Assembly (NCBI GenBank): GCA_905178155.1
Contig: CAJINV010000001.1
Span: 12,073,832-12,137,831, forward strand
Origin: Amoebophrya sp. A120
Lineage: Eukaryota; Protista; Dinoflagellata
Direction: 5' to 3'
Length of the DNA stretch: 64,000 nucleotides
Both the position numbers and the translations under genes were made by a program. A model generated the notes under the pieces. The model saw only the letters and a list, made by a program, of their open reading frames with translations. It searched no databases and was not told where the DNA came from. This document shows, one piece after another, positions 13,022-25,400 of the stretch; the stretch's first letter is position 1; every line of letters starts with the position of its first letter.

Positions 13022-16000
13022 ATGCCTCGACGTAGCCAAGAACCCTGCGCGGAACCAGAGGGTGAGGACGGACAGTTCGACGATGAGGAGTTTGTTGGCA
13101 ATGACAACCGAAATTTGCAACGCGGACACCACAACGAAAATCCAACAACTACCGGAGCCGCAAGTGGGAGCCAAGCGACGTCGCGCTCCCAGCACCCGCC
13201 GACCCCGGAAAAGCCGATGCTGACCCTCGGCGCAATGTCGGACGATTCAGACTCCGAGGACGACGAGGAAAGGAGTGGCAACGGAACGAGTTCGTTGTCC
13301 AGCACCATCGGCTATCCTGTGCAAAAGTATCGTACTCGTAGTAATCGTAGTCATGCATTACAAATCTTTATCCCAAGGCAAAACAGCATGACAAATTCCA
13401 TTTGTCATGCTGAGCGAATTTGTATTGCAATTACTACTAGTACGATACTTTTGCAGTTCATATCGGCGATCCGCGTTCACGGCAGCGGCAGAACCGCGAG
13501 CAGAGGCGGTCGTCGAGAAACACGCGGAGGTCGCGGCGACATGAAGACGGACAGCAAGTTGCGCGCACGCGGAGCCGCGGGGACAAGCGCGCGGAGTGGC
13601 AGGTCTTGCACGAGCAAGAAGCCGCACGCTTAGCGAAAGAAGCACAGAAGGCGTTCCACAAGACTGCGTGCAAAGTTTTCCAAGCACTCATGCTCGCTTC
13701 CTGCCTGGTTTTGCTATCCGTCCTCGCCTACCACCAGTACCTGCAGCTGCGACAACAGGCCGCTCACGGGGAGAATTCTTTACCCGGCAGCGGTTCGGCA
13801 GTATTTCCAGTGGGGAAGGGCAGAAGCGGCGCGCGGGAGCAAGCGCGAAGTATCGTCTTGGACGATCGCAGCGACGTTGGCAGTGACACTGACGACCCGC
13901 AAGAACGGGGAGTACAGAATTCCAAGCGCGAAAAGATTCGGCTGTCGCGGAAATTCGAAGAGCGGTCGCGCGGTTTCTCTACGGATCATGTCACTCGCCG
14001 CGCATCATCGTCCTCGACGGGGTCTTCCCGCCTTCCGCCCGACCGACACAGCGGCCGCAACTCCCGCAGCAAGGGTGGGGCGACGCGACGCCACTCCTCC
14101 CCCGGTACTGGTCGCCGCCCGTCCCGGCGCAGTGGTCGCGGCTCGGCGAACTGGAAGCGCGGCGCGTCCGACGGTGCAGCTGGTACTACCACGGTCGCGT
14201 TGGTAAATGGAACTATTGCCGGCGCTTCCGGGACGAGACCGCCACTAGATGACGGCGCGGCCTCCAGTACGGACGGAGGATGCAACAGTGCGGATGACTA
14301 CTCTTCTACAGAAGAGGACGACGACACAACTGACTCGGACGTGGACTCGGCCTTTGCTGGCGCCCAGAATGAGGACGCGTCCGACCTGGAGCTGAACACG
14401 ACCGCGACCAGCCGCCGGACGAGCAATCGCGGCAACTGCAACATGTACGCGAACAAGAACAAGCGGCCCCGGCGTACGTCGAAGAAGTACGTGCACTCAA
14501 AGACGAAAAACTCGGTCGTCCACAACTACTTCACCATTCAGCACATGAGCGACGAGGCCGGACGCTACTTCTTCGGGAACGCCGCACGAGCGGCGGGTTT
14601 CGGAGGCGGGGGCGGTAGTGCGGGTGCGCAATCATCTTCGCAGGCCGCGCCAAACTTCCAGTACACCCAGCAGCCAGGGTCGTCCACGGGACGAAAGAAC
14701 GCTGATGAACACGACAGAAGTGCAACGCCGGGCGATGGTGGCGTGGACGCGGGCGTCCCAACAAGAACACCCTCCAGTGGAGCACAACAACATGACAGTT
14801 CGTCAGTTGTGTCCTCTTCCGTAGGTGGCAACAGTGAAGATGTGCTAGCACGGAGGAATCAGCAGGAGCTTTCGGGAGTTCAGAATATGCGGGCTAGCAC
14901 GCCCGGAGGTGCTACTCCTTCGCAATCAGAAGTAGTCGAGTCGGGTTCAGGGAACGGGGAGACATTCTTTTCGGCCGCAAGCTCGTCGATCGGCGGTGAC
15001 GACCAAAGTGGATCCGGGCGAGGGTCGCCAGCCTTGGAAGACCAGATTTCGGACACGTCGGATGCACGGAACAAAAAGAAGCGCGCACAGCAACTGGAGA
15101 AGCAGCTGCAACTCGCGCTACAGCTCGGAGATACGTCCAACCAGCCGGCACGGACGAGCGCAACCTTGCTGCCCCTTGCGGATTATGTTCCTGGGTACTT
15201 CAGCTTAATACTTCTTGCGCCATAGGTTTAGATAGATAGAAGTAGAAGATGAAAAACGCATCTGCAGAATCCATCCATGATCGCTAAGATTCATATGTTC
15301 ACTTTTGGTTTCGACTTTTTTCCGCCCAACAAGCTAAAGCGACAGCTAAAGCAGATGCACTCTTCTTTCATGAACACTAAAGTAATTCCGAACCTCAACA
15401 GAAACGGCAGCAACGAGGTTGTCATGCCTGCTCCTGGAACACACAACTTCACGCATTCGGGCGCAATCGTTCCCGTAGTTGTTGCTCAGCAGACTGCTGA
15501 GAGTCTCGGATCTTCGTCCGCAGCCCCAGCACTGCGAAGCGGCCAGCTGGCCCTGGAAGACGCACCGCCAGCAGCTCCGCCGTCTCCCGTGGGAGTGCTA
15601 GATTCCGCGAACCCGCCGCAGCCGCCAGCATCTCCGGTGGGGATACTTGACACCTCTGGTGGATCTGCAAGCTCTCAACGACCAAATGCAGGCAGCTTGC
15701 AGCATTCAGCACATCTCTTCTCATCAATCCCGCCGCAACCGAGTGCGCCACTTCCACTCGTCGATCCCGCTGAGGTTCCCGTTCCGCTTTCCCGGCCAGG
15801 GGAGGTGGATGCTGATTTGGTTGAGACGAGCGATGCCGCTGCGGATAAAGAGCCAGCTGATACTTCTAACACCAACAAAGCGGATCTATCTAGGGAAGCT
15901 GCTCGTGGTCCAGAGGATGGCACTAGTAGTACCGGACTGGAGGAGGTGCCGTCCGCTACTCCGCTTCTTGACCAGGCCGCACCTTCGGAAGGCGAGGGAA

Positions 16001-19000
16001 CAAGCAGCAGCACTTCTGGTTCGCCTGCCCAGAGCGGGAATGATTCACCATCCGGTTCTCCTGCAGTTCCGCAAGAGGAGGAAAATCCCGAAGCGCGCCG
16101 CCAGGTGGATACCCTGCGGCGAGAAATTCCGGTGATGCTCGCGTCACTGAAGACCTACGCCAATTTGGTCATTCGGCTCCACGACGGGCGGAATCGTGGC
16201 GGAGCGAACCCAAACGGCAAGAAACCGAAGAAGCACAGCGCGTATCCCGCGCGACTAGCAAAGAAGGCCCTGTCCGCGTTTCTGCCGACGCAGGGGAACT
16301 TGCCGACGCCCGAGGAGGTCTTGGACCGTCTCATCGATTTCTTCGGCGTCGACGGGTCTGCCAACACCTCCTTCGAACGGAAAATGAATGCTGCTTCGTC
16401 CGCAATGGACGGAACAAACGCGACCTCCTCCGCGCAGCCGGGGGGCGAGAGCAACAACGGACAAGAAGATGTCGGGCCAGGAACTGCACCAAAAGAGGAT
16501 TCAAAGAAAAGACCGAGCGCTTCTCTCACCCCGATTCCGAGCGCTGCGCCTGCACTCATTGAGTACTTGAACGCACGGAAAACGCTGGTGCAAGTGACCA
16601 TGCAGAAGTTGTGGCTGTTTGTGTCTGGCCGGGTCGGACACTTCAAGCTGGATTTGCGAGCCGACTATGAGCTGCAGAAGGTGCCGCCTAGCGGTACAAC
16701 TACGGGAGGTGGTGCTGCGAATCAGGGACAGCTTGTGCCGACGACCTCGTCACAGAGTGGCGCGAGCTCGGGAACCTCCACGCCGACGTCCGCGCGCAAG
16801 CACAGCCTCCCCATGTTTCTCTTCGGGGAGCAGCCGGAGGAGGCGATCCCGCCGACGGTTTACCAGCACAACGTGAAGTATGAGTGTGATTTCCTCGGCG
16901 TCAAACCACATGTTGTGGGCGCGCGCGAGCACGCGGGTCTCGTTCACGTGGTCTCCATGAACAGCTCGGGCGACAGCGACGAAAATAGTACACACGACAA
17001 TAAACAACATGCAGAGATGAAGCTCGACACCGGCGCGAATGAACTCGCGCGCGGGAAGACAAACGAGTTGCGTTTCGCCCCGATTTTAGAACGTTCTCAC
17101 GAGTCGCAGGAGCGATCGGGGGACTGGTTGCGGAACTCGAAAGAGAGCGGCGACCAGCCACTGGACATTAGCGGAATCTTGAGTAAGATCATGGCCGAAC
17201 ACGAGACCACCACGGTCGCGTCCGGCACGGCAGATGCTGATGGTCCAGCATCAGCATCTCCCAACGAGGGCGGACGAAACAAGCGCAACGCACCTTTTTC
17301 TACCAAGCAGGAGGCCGCCTCTCAAGATGAAGCAACGTCAAAATCGGACAGACCGGGAACTCGCGGGGATGGTGCTGGTGGTGAAAATAAAGATGCGTTT
17401 GGGCGCTCCCCCTCTGTTGGGTCCGACCTGTACATACCAACCGGGGGCGAAAACTGCATGCCGTCGATCCCCGGAACACCAAGATCAGGCAGCGACATTG
17501 ATGCCAACATCGAGGACATGCACAGAAAGCCGTTCGCGTTCGGCGGCGGGCGAAGCAGCGGGTCGTCCGAGGTGAGGCGCAGAAAATCGAACAGCGTCGA
17601 TCCCTCCCCGGCGTCCAATCGCAACCGAGGACGGGGTGGGGATCAGACCATCTCGATGGCCATGGTGCAGCTCCCTGTCACGACGTACGGTCATAACGAA
17701 GTAAACAAAAAGCCGAGCAGCCGCCCAACTTCTTCTACCGGCGGAGCTGGTTCCGCGCGGAGTAGAGCCGCCGGAACAGGGGCAACTCACCATCATCCAG
17801 CACGCCAGCTCGTTTCCGCGCCGACGGTGATGCCGCGGCCGAATAACTGGTCCCTCTTGAGTGCAACCGAGGCGGATCGGGCATTACAAAGCATCCCACA
17901 CTTACCCTTTGTGCGGGGATCCGGTAATGCCGAGCAGACTACACAGCTCCTTTCCCCGAAAGAAAATAATTCGTTTGCACCTCCTCCTGCGACGTCGCTG
18001 CAGCAACCAACGACATCTAGTTCTTCTTCTTCCGCGCCCCGAAAGGAGCGTCAAATACCTTGCGACGACGGTGCTTGTTTTCCGGCGTTGCGTCGGCGTG
18101 GCACTGCGGCGAAGAAAGCACAGCTGCACGATATCGGCGGTTTGCTGAACCGCGAAAATCGCCTGATGCGCACGAGCATGGAGAGCGATTCCGCGCTCGT
18201 CGGGCGCGGCTCGATCGTTCCAGCGAGTCCAGCCGGACCGCACAACACGCCAAGCAATTCCGCCGGCAGCGACCCGGAGGGCAGCGCCTTTCTTTCCGAT
18301 GTGACCATTTCCATGCCCATGGTGATTAAATCCAGCGCGGCCCAAAATAAACTGCCGGAAACGAACGCAACGACCAACGGAACCGATACTCGTCTTCAAA
18401 ATGTTTCCGACGATGCACAACAGCAATTGCAGCTATCGCAAATATCGTCGAACGGCGCCAGCGCAAAAGCACTTGGATACGGGCTTCTGCCGTCCCAGTC
18501 GGGGGACGGCAGCGGGCCGGCGCCCTACTCCCAGTTGAACGACGAGAGTGGTGGGTCTCTGCATGGCATTCCTTTTCCAGAAGACGACGGGTCGGACACC
18601 GCTTTCGCCGCGCGCCGCATGCTCCCCAACGAAAGCGAGTTTTTCGACGGCACGCCCGAAGACGAGCTGGTGGACATGGTCACGGGGGACACGGGAGAGG
18701 AGAATCCGCTTGTCCTCCCCCCGCGGCGCAGTAGTCTGGTGGCGTCCCCGTCCAAGGATCGGAAGGCCAGTGCGGGTGACAACATGCTTGGTAAAACAGA
18801 GGTAGAAGCAGGAGAACAACAACGATTTCTCGATGTTGACCAGGGTCCGGACACAGGAAACGCCGCCGCCCCACAACTGAGAGCTGCAACCGGCGCTGAG
18901 ATGATTAAGTTGGCCGCTCGTGGTGAAGCTCCGCCAGCGCAAGTCGTCATGGAGGACAGCACGACTACGCCAAGATCTTCCGCAGCGTCGCCGAAGGGGA

Positions 19001-20772
19001 TTTTTAGGAACAGCACAGACCACGATGAAACTGACGTGGGACAGAAGCAAGATACACCCGGCAGCTCTAGCACCGGCCCTGCGTCCGCCTTTGCACCGCA
19101 GCAGGAAGCGATGCCCCCTCCGCTGTGGGCCGGAAGTGCCGCGAGCAAGGTCCGCAGTGGTCACCGACTGGACCAGAACACCTACTGCGTGACCGGCGAT
19201 GCCTCGCCGGACCAGTCCCGCGAAGAGTTGCGTGTGCCGAATAAAGCACCGTCGCCAGAGAAGATCCCCTTTGTCGGCGCCAGCAGTATCAATAACTTCA
19301 ATCCGCCGGAAGTGCTGTCGAAGACGAGAAGCAAGAAGCGCTCCACGGGGGTCGACATCGAGCAACTCGCCAAAATCGATTTCTCCGCGGCGAACAGTGC
19401 CATCCTGGGCACGTCGCCGGAGCAAATTTCCTTCTGGAAGACGCTGCTGTTAGAGGACCCCCAGGAGTGGGACTCGCTACCGGCCGTCTCCTATCAAATG
19501 TAAAAATGTCTGGGTCTGGAAGAATGCATGTTTGTCATGCTTGTCTGGCATGACTCTTAAATCTGTCATGCACGTTACCCAAGAGCTGCGTTTTTCTGTG
19601 ATGCAGAAACGCAGTTTGTCATGCAGAATAGGCAACACCTACACCTAGAAGCTCAGAAACTTGTCATGCTGAGCCAGCATTTGTGGCCTCATCATGAGAC
19701 GCCGCCCAGCATCACAAGTTTCCAGATCCAGACATTTTTACATTTGATATCTCCAAACCGGGGCTGAAGCAGAGTCAGCTGTACGATCGACTGCTCTACT
19801 ATGGAAGCGTCAGGTTTGAAATCGTCAAAGTTCAAATAATTCGTAATGCATAAAATGCGACACAAAAAGTGACTCTATTGCAGAGGACCCACGAGAGGCA
19901 GATTATAGTCCTGGCAAGGGTCAAAAATTGGCCTGCTAACTAGCATGACAGAAAGCAGCTCTTTTGCTCTAAACCGCATGACAGACTCGCTTCCAGGATT
20001 GGGAAAATTTGTCATGCACCGACTACAAACTGTAGGTCTAACTGGTATCCGTTTTATGCATGACAAACTATTTCAACTTTGACGATTTCAAACCTGACAC
20101 ATCCATATCTACCAGTGCCACCAAAAGGAAACCGAGCGGTTTTTCCGCATGGAGCCGAAGAAGCAGGAAACGGGGGCCGCGGGCATCCTGAATGCGCTGT
20201 TCCAGGTGGGGGGCGCGGGCGCCCACCGCAAACCGGGGAGCGAAAGAACCTGCACCATGGTAGACGCGCGGGGGCTGCCAAAACCACTGAAAAATTGGGT
20301 TCCGCTCAACGAACAGTACGATGCCTCGTTCACCGTGCCGATTGGCCACGACCAAGCGATACTCGAACCCTCCGGCCTGGGTCACGATCACCAGTACAAA
20401 ACTAAGTGGAACATGCAGATCGAGCGGAACCCACTCACAGGAGGCAGTATTGTTCTGTTGATTTTCCTATTTTGGTTTCAAAGACGTTTGTAAGTAACTT
20501 CTGCTGTGAATCTGAAGGCGTTTTCAAGAGCAACGATAGGTATCAATGAAGGACCACAATCATGATCATGCATAGGCAAACCCAAACGGATGAAAAGTTT
20601 TTTCCGCGAAATCACAGGTCCACGCGTTGTTGTGAAGCGGGAGAGCGTCAGCGAAACCGGAGACCGCAAGGAAAAGGCGTACACTTTGGCACAGCCCCAA
20701 GAAGCCGCGCGCTTGGCGCAGAAGCTCAGCATTCTTCTGAATAACGAATATAGGAATCTCCAGGGTATGTAA
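13022..20772 (+). CDS. Very large low-complexity hypothetical protein with one N-proximal transmembrane segment; multi-exon
   Basis: ORFs 12953, 13606, 15277, 20149 and 20590 join in frame through non-canonical inserts (13313, 19492, 19800) and GT-AG introns 15195-15401 and 20447-20575. Hydrophobic ALMLASCLVLLSVLAY near 13684-13731. No recognised domain; both ends uncertain. Confidence 0.65.
13313..13462. mobile_element. Family-B introner (150 bp), TSD TCGGC
   Basis: TAT...ATA; inner IR tgcaaaagtatcgtact/agtacgatacttttgca; TCGGC at 13308-13312 and 13463-13467; removal gives STIG-DPRS in frame with ORF 13606. Confidence 0.92.
19492..19749. mobile_element. Family-A introner (258 bp), TSD TCTCC
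   Basis: TIR tatcaaatgtaaaaatgtctgggtctggaa / ttccagatccagacatttttacatttgata; TCTCC on both sides; removal eliminates the stop at 19503 (LPAVS-KPGLK). Confidence 0.93.
19800..20107. mobile_element. Family-G introner (308 bp), TSD TCTAC
   Basis: TIR tatggaagcgtcaggtttgaaatcgtcaaagtt / aactttgacgatttcaaacctgacacatccata; TCTAC at 19795-19799 and 20108-20112; removal gives RLLY-QCHQ in frame with ORF 20149. Confidence 0.93.
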
Positions 20773-22435
20773 GTAGTATGTATCCAATTCCAACTAACTC
20801 CAAATTTACATTGTTTTTGAGTTGTCGAGTAGCCACTGCGCTGACAGCGCGCAGCTGATGTACTCCTTCTTGTGGTCAATCCACGAGAAGGCTGCGTCAT
20901 ACCTGAATTTTGTAAAGACTCAACGTTGATCTTGCATCGATATCTTCATGTATGACGGTTCTGTTCACTAGTAGTACTAGCGATCATTCAAAAAAAAAAT
21001 AATTTCAGAAGCGAAGAACGTATCGTTGGCCTGTGCTAAATTGCAAAAACCTGCTTTATTGACATTAAGACATCTATGGTTTTCATTTTGCAAAATGTAA
21101 AACAGAGCTACCGCTCACCACGGTAGGCGACTGCGAAATTTTTTCTCATGAAGTACAAGTTTCCTTTACAGTAGAGTCTCTAGGTAAAATGCCTTTTCTG
21201 TGAAACGCTACAGTACACTAAGATAGATGCCACTGTTTCCTCGTGGCAGTTTTGAGGTCACTCCCAAAAAATCGCGGTTGCAGTATGAGGAGATGAAATA
21301 CCGAGAATATGGAGCAAACACCTGCACGGCAGTGCAGTTTGTTGTTGTCGTTTCATCCGCGACTATGAATTAGAATTTCGATATCGATTCTTCACTGCAT
21401 GTTGTAGGCAGTGCCCTTGCCGCCCTTGGACTTGCGCACCCCGTGTGCCATGTGTTCTCGAAGACCGAACAGGCAGCATGCATGGCCATGGTGAATATCA
21501 ATACCTCTTGATGATTTCCTTTTCCGGTACGATCTGAATACGTATCGTGTGCTTGGATTACTCGGCGTCGGTCCTTTATTCGGTTTCCATCATCGATCGC
21601 CCCTCTCTAAATCGTGTAGCAGATGCTAGAACTAGAAGTACAAGAAAGAAATCATCGCCATCGTTGTGTTCGATTCATGAACTCCAAGTCGTCTTGGCAA
21701 TGGTATTTTTGAAGCCGGAAGCAGAGTTGAAAATCGAGAGATACTAGTACTTACGACTATTCCAAGAAGTGAAGTTGCAGTTTTGCCTGCGAATCCATTT
21801 GGCTTCAGTTTTTTTCGAACTCATCGTCCTCTTTTCGATTGCAACACACTATTAACCAACTAACACCAGGTGTGAGTCAAATTTCTCGGTCCCCACTCGT
21901 TCTCTCCCCATCCCGAGAATGTGTAGGTTGAGCTGCAGTACTATTGCAGGATTTCCATGTCAAGACTTATCTCTTGCCTTTTCTCAAGCAGTAACACGAG
22001 ATCGCGCATTATGTTTTGGTCGCCCCACACCTCGAACTCTCTTCTCTCACTCTACCCTAAGTGACTTTCATACGAGGTTGTCATGCCTATGCAGCCTAGT
22101 AAGTTTTTTCAGCACCTAATTGTACTTTTTTCGCCTGGTGTACAACTTTTTCAATGAGCTAAGCGAGACTCGTCTCTCTTCGTTTTTCCACATTTCCTCG
22201 ATTTTCCCAGAATTAAGAATGAAGTTCTCCCACGCCAAACTGCATCACCGCACTCAGATGCGTTTTCTGCATTATCGCAGAACGCAGACGCATTTTGTGC
22301 GACGTTGGTTCTGATTCTAAGCACGCATTCCTCCGCCAGGCCTCAACGAACAAAGGCAATGGACCCAGTCACGGCGCAGACACGACGGTGACGTTGAGTT
22401 AAAATCCACGGTGCCGCACAAAAATTAGAATTGCG

Positions 22436-25400
22436 ATGAGTAGGGCACAGAACAACACTCTTTCCGGGCCGTGTTCCAGCCGACGGCTGGCCGCGCACAC
22501 TTGTTGTCCAGTACAACAACTGTGGCCATTTTTACTACTTGTCTTCCTCGTCTTCGCACCAATGCCAACAGTCGCGCAGCAAGCTCTGACCATCGAGGAG
22601 GTGTCCTCCCGATCGCCGTACGTCAACGCTTTTCCCGTCCACTTGCGGTTGACGTGGCAAACCAACATTCCGACCACCAGTTTGGACGTGAAGTGCTGCG
22701 TGACTGCTGTGAAGGGCACCATGGACAGCTCGCGGACCGAGCTGTACCTGGACCTGCGCACCGCCAACAACGGCGTGTCCTTTGACGCCGGGCAAGCGAA
22801 CTGGCACTTTCTGCCCCGGATCCCCTACTACCTGAGCGACAACACCACCCAGGCCACCGCGTTCCAACACTGTGGGTTGCTGGACCCGAGCATCGAGCTG
22901 TACTTCGACAGCGACAACATCCGGCAACTGCGGAATCCCGAGATCTCGGTGTACCAGTTCACGATCCCCGGGTCGCTGATTACGGCGAACAACCCGACCC
23001 TGGTCTTCGACTTGCGGAACGCGGCGAACCCGCTGGAGGCAAACGCAGACACGGCCGAATTCGCCTCCATCACCGTGTCGCACTCCAATCTGCGCTCCGC
23101 GAGCGGGCGGCGGCAGAACGTGTACCACTGGGCTTCGATGGAGGTGCTGAAGTTTCAGGTGCAGCCGAACTTCTACGCGCAAACTTCCGCCACGTTGGAG
23201 CTCACCTTTCGGTTGCGGGGGTTGAAACAAAGGAAAAGACTGCCGGGCAACAGCTGGATCTCCCTGAACGCGCCGATCGGCTGGAGGTTTTCCCTGCAGT
23301 CGCAGATCGTGGTGTACCAGCCGGACCTCACGAGCGACAGTTTTCCAGTTTTGTTCACCGACTGCGGGAGGATCGGAAATGTGTGCACGGGCGGGTACCT
23401 GGGCGCGCAGTTGTCGGCGACGTACGAGTACAACAACCGCGATTGGGAGTCGCAATTGCGGAGCCTCGTGTTTCCGAACTCTCCGCACGTCGACGCGGCG
23501 ACGTATTTCGACTACAGTCAGAACACCAGCCAGGTGTACGTCCTTGGTCAGGCGGCCGGGAACGAGGTGGTTACGTACGTGAATACGACCTCCTGGGACA
23601 GCTTGCCTATCAAATGTAAAAATGTCTGGGTCTGGAAAATTGCGAGATTTGTCATGCAGATTTTCCATGACCCATGAGGTCTGGAATGCGGGGCCTAGCA
23701 TGACAGAGTCTGTGAGGTCTCTGCCATGCCTATCCCGCATGAGAAACTACCTCCCAACTTGGTCGAAAGTGGACAGCTTTTGGCACTCATGCAACACAGA
23801 TTTTGACTTTTGCACTATTTGGATTTAGCATGACTTTTCCAGACCCAGACATTTTTGCATTTGATATTGCCCATGGCGGACCCAACCGCATGGTCGGCGG
23901 TGCCGGCGCAGGCCCGGTACAAGCGGGCGGTGATTCAGGATGTGAACACGGGGGATTTGCAGTTCTCGGTGGACGACACGGTGCTGCTGCGCGTCAGGGT
24001 GACGAACGTGGAATCTCCCGGGAACAAGGCAAGCAACGCTGCGGACGAGTTGGCGATGAACACGTGGACCTTTCACTACGGGTTGATCCAGTCCACCGCA
24101 CTGGACAAGAGACTGGCCACGGTCACGGTACGGGCGCGCGACGTGATGCTGGAGGCGATGGAGGTGAGTGTGAAGGTGAAAGGCTTTCAGTCGTCCGCAA
24201 CGACGCCCGATGCCTTCACCATCTCCTCGGCCCCCTATGCCTCACTGGTGCAGCTGGTTTTCACCGTGTCAAAAGCAATCGCAACGAGCAGCAGAAAGAA
24301 CTACTTCTATCTGTGGACGCCAGCGGTTTCTGAGCAAGGAAACACGTGGAAATTTTCCAGCAGCAATTGCAAGGGCGATCTCGGGGTACTGAACTGCTAC
24401 AATCTGGATTTTGCCTCGGCGGGAACGAATTCGTTGGTCCATTCGCTGGCGACGAGCTACTTCACGGTCTTTGGCGAAACAGTTTTAGATACGACGTCTG
24501 GAGGAAGTGCGTTGCAGTTTTCTATGTTCGCGACAAGCCCGAAACCTGGGTACAGTTCAAATGCGAATTGGCGGCTCTCTTTGTCCGAGGATGGGACGAC
24601 TTTCGCGAAAATTTTGAATCACGCCAACGGGGTTTCGCACGCGAGTCTGACGCTCGTCGAGCTCCAGGATTTCAACGCGGTCAATTTGAATTTCATCTCG
24701 ATGCACACCAGTGCCGTCACCCCGCCCCCACTGTCGTTCGCGCCGAAGTTTAGCGTGTCCGCGATCCCGGCCATTCTCACCACCAGCACCATTGTCGAGT
24801 TCCAGTTCCAGCTGCGCAAGTTGGACTTGGCCAGAACGAGTGCGCGGGCGACGTCAGTAGAAGCCACCATGACGGGATTGCGGCTCACGGGCCCGTGTGA
24901 AATCAAATCCTACAAAAATGGATTCAACTTAGCCAAGGTGGAAACCGGAATCGCCGATTCCGGGCACACGCTTTTTATTCCAATGGCGCACGTAAAATTG
25001 AGCAGCAACAACGATGCTAGGATTATGGTAGAAGTTGAGGTGTGCGCCAGTGCTTTGGCGCCAGCGAATGCAGTGTCTCTTGGGCAACCGGATTTTGGAG
25101 CAGCAGTGGGAACTGGAAACGCGTTTTTGTACACAAACGCGGAGGTGGCGGGGAAGTGGAATCTAGAAGTGATCGGAACGGGCAACGCGGTCCTGGATCT
25201 CGCGACGGTCGCACATTTTTCCGTTGCGACGCACGCCTGGGACCAGCGGTCCTCTTTTTCGGCCATTTCGGAGAACAGGGTAGTCTTCCAAATCTACCTA
25301 CCCGCCACGACGTCGCTAGACCCACTCACGTTCACGATCCGCGTCAACGGCTTGACCCTCTCTGCCTGCACCCTGGACCGGGTCCCCGGATCCGTGTCCG

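Noticed and set aside
23608-23677. Recurrent peptides IKCKNVWVWK / PDPDIFAFD as a protein motif (also at 60566 and 62581)
   Set aside because: They are translations of the family-A TIR, not coding sequence.
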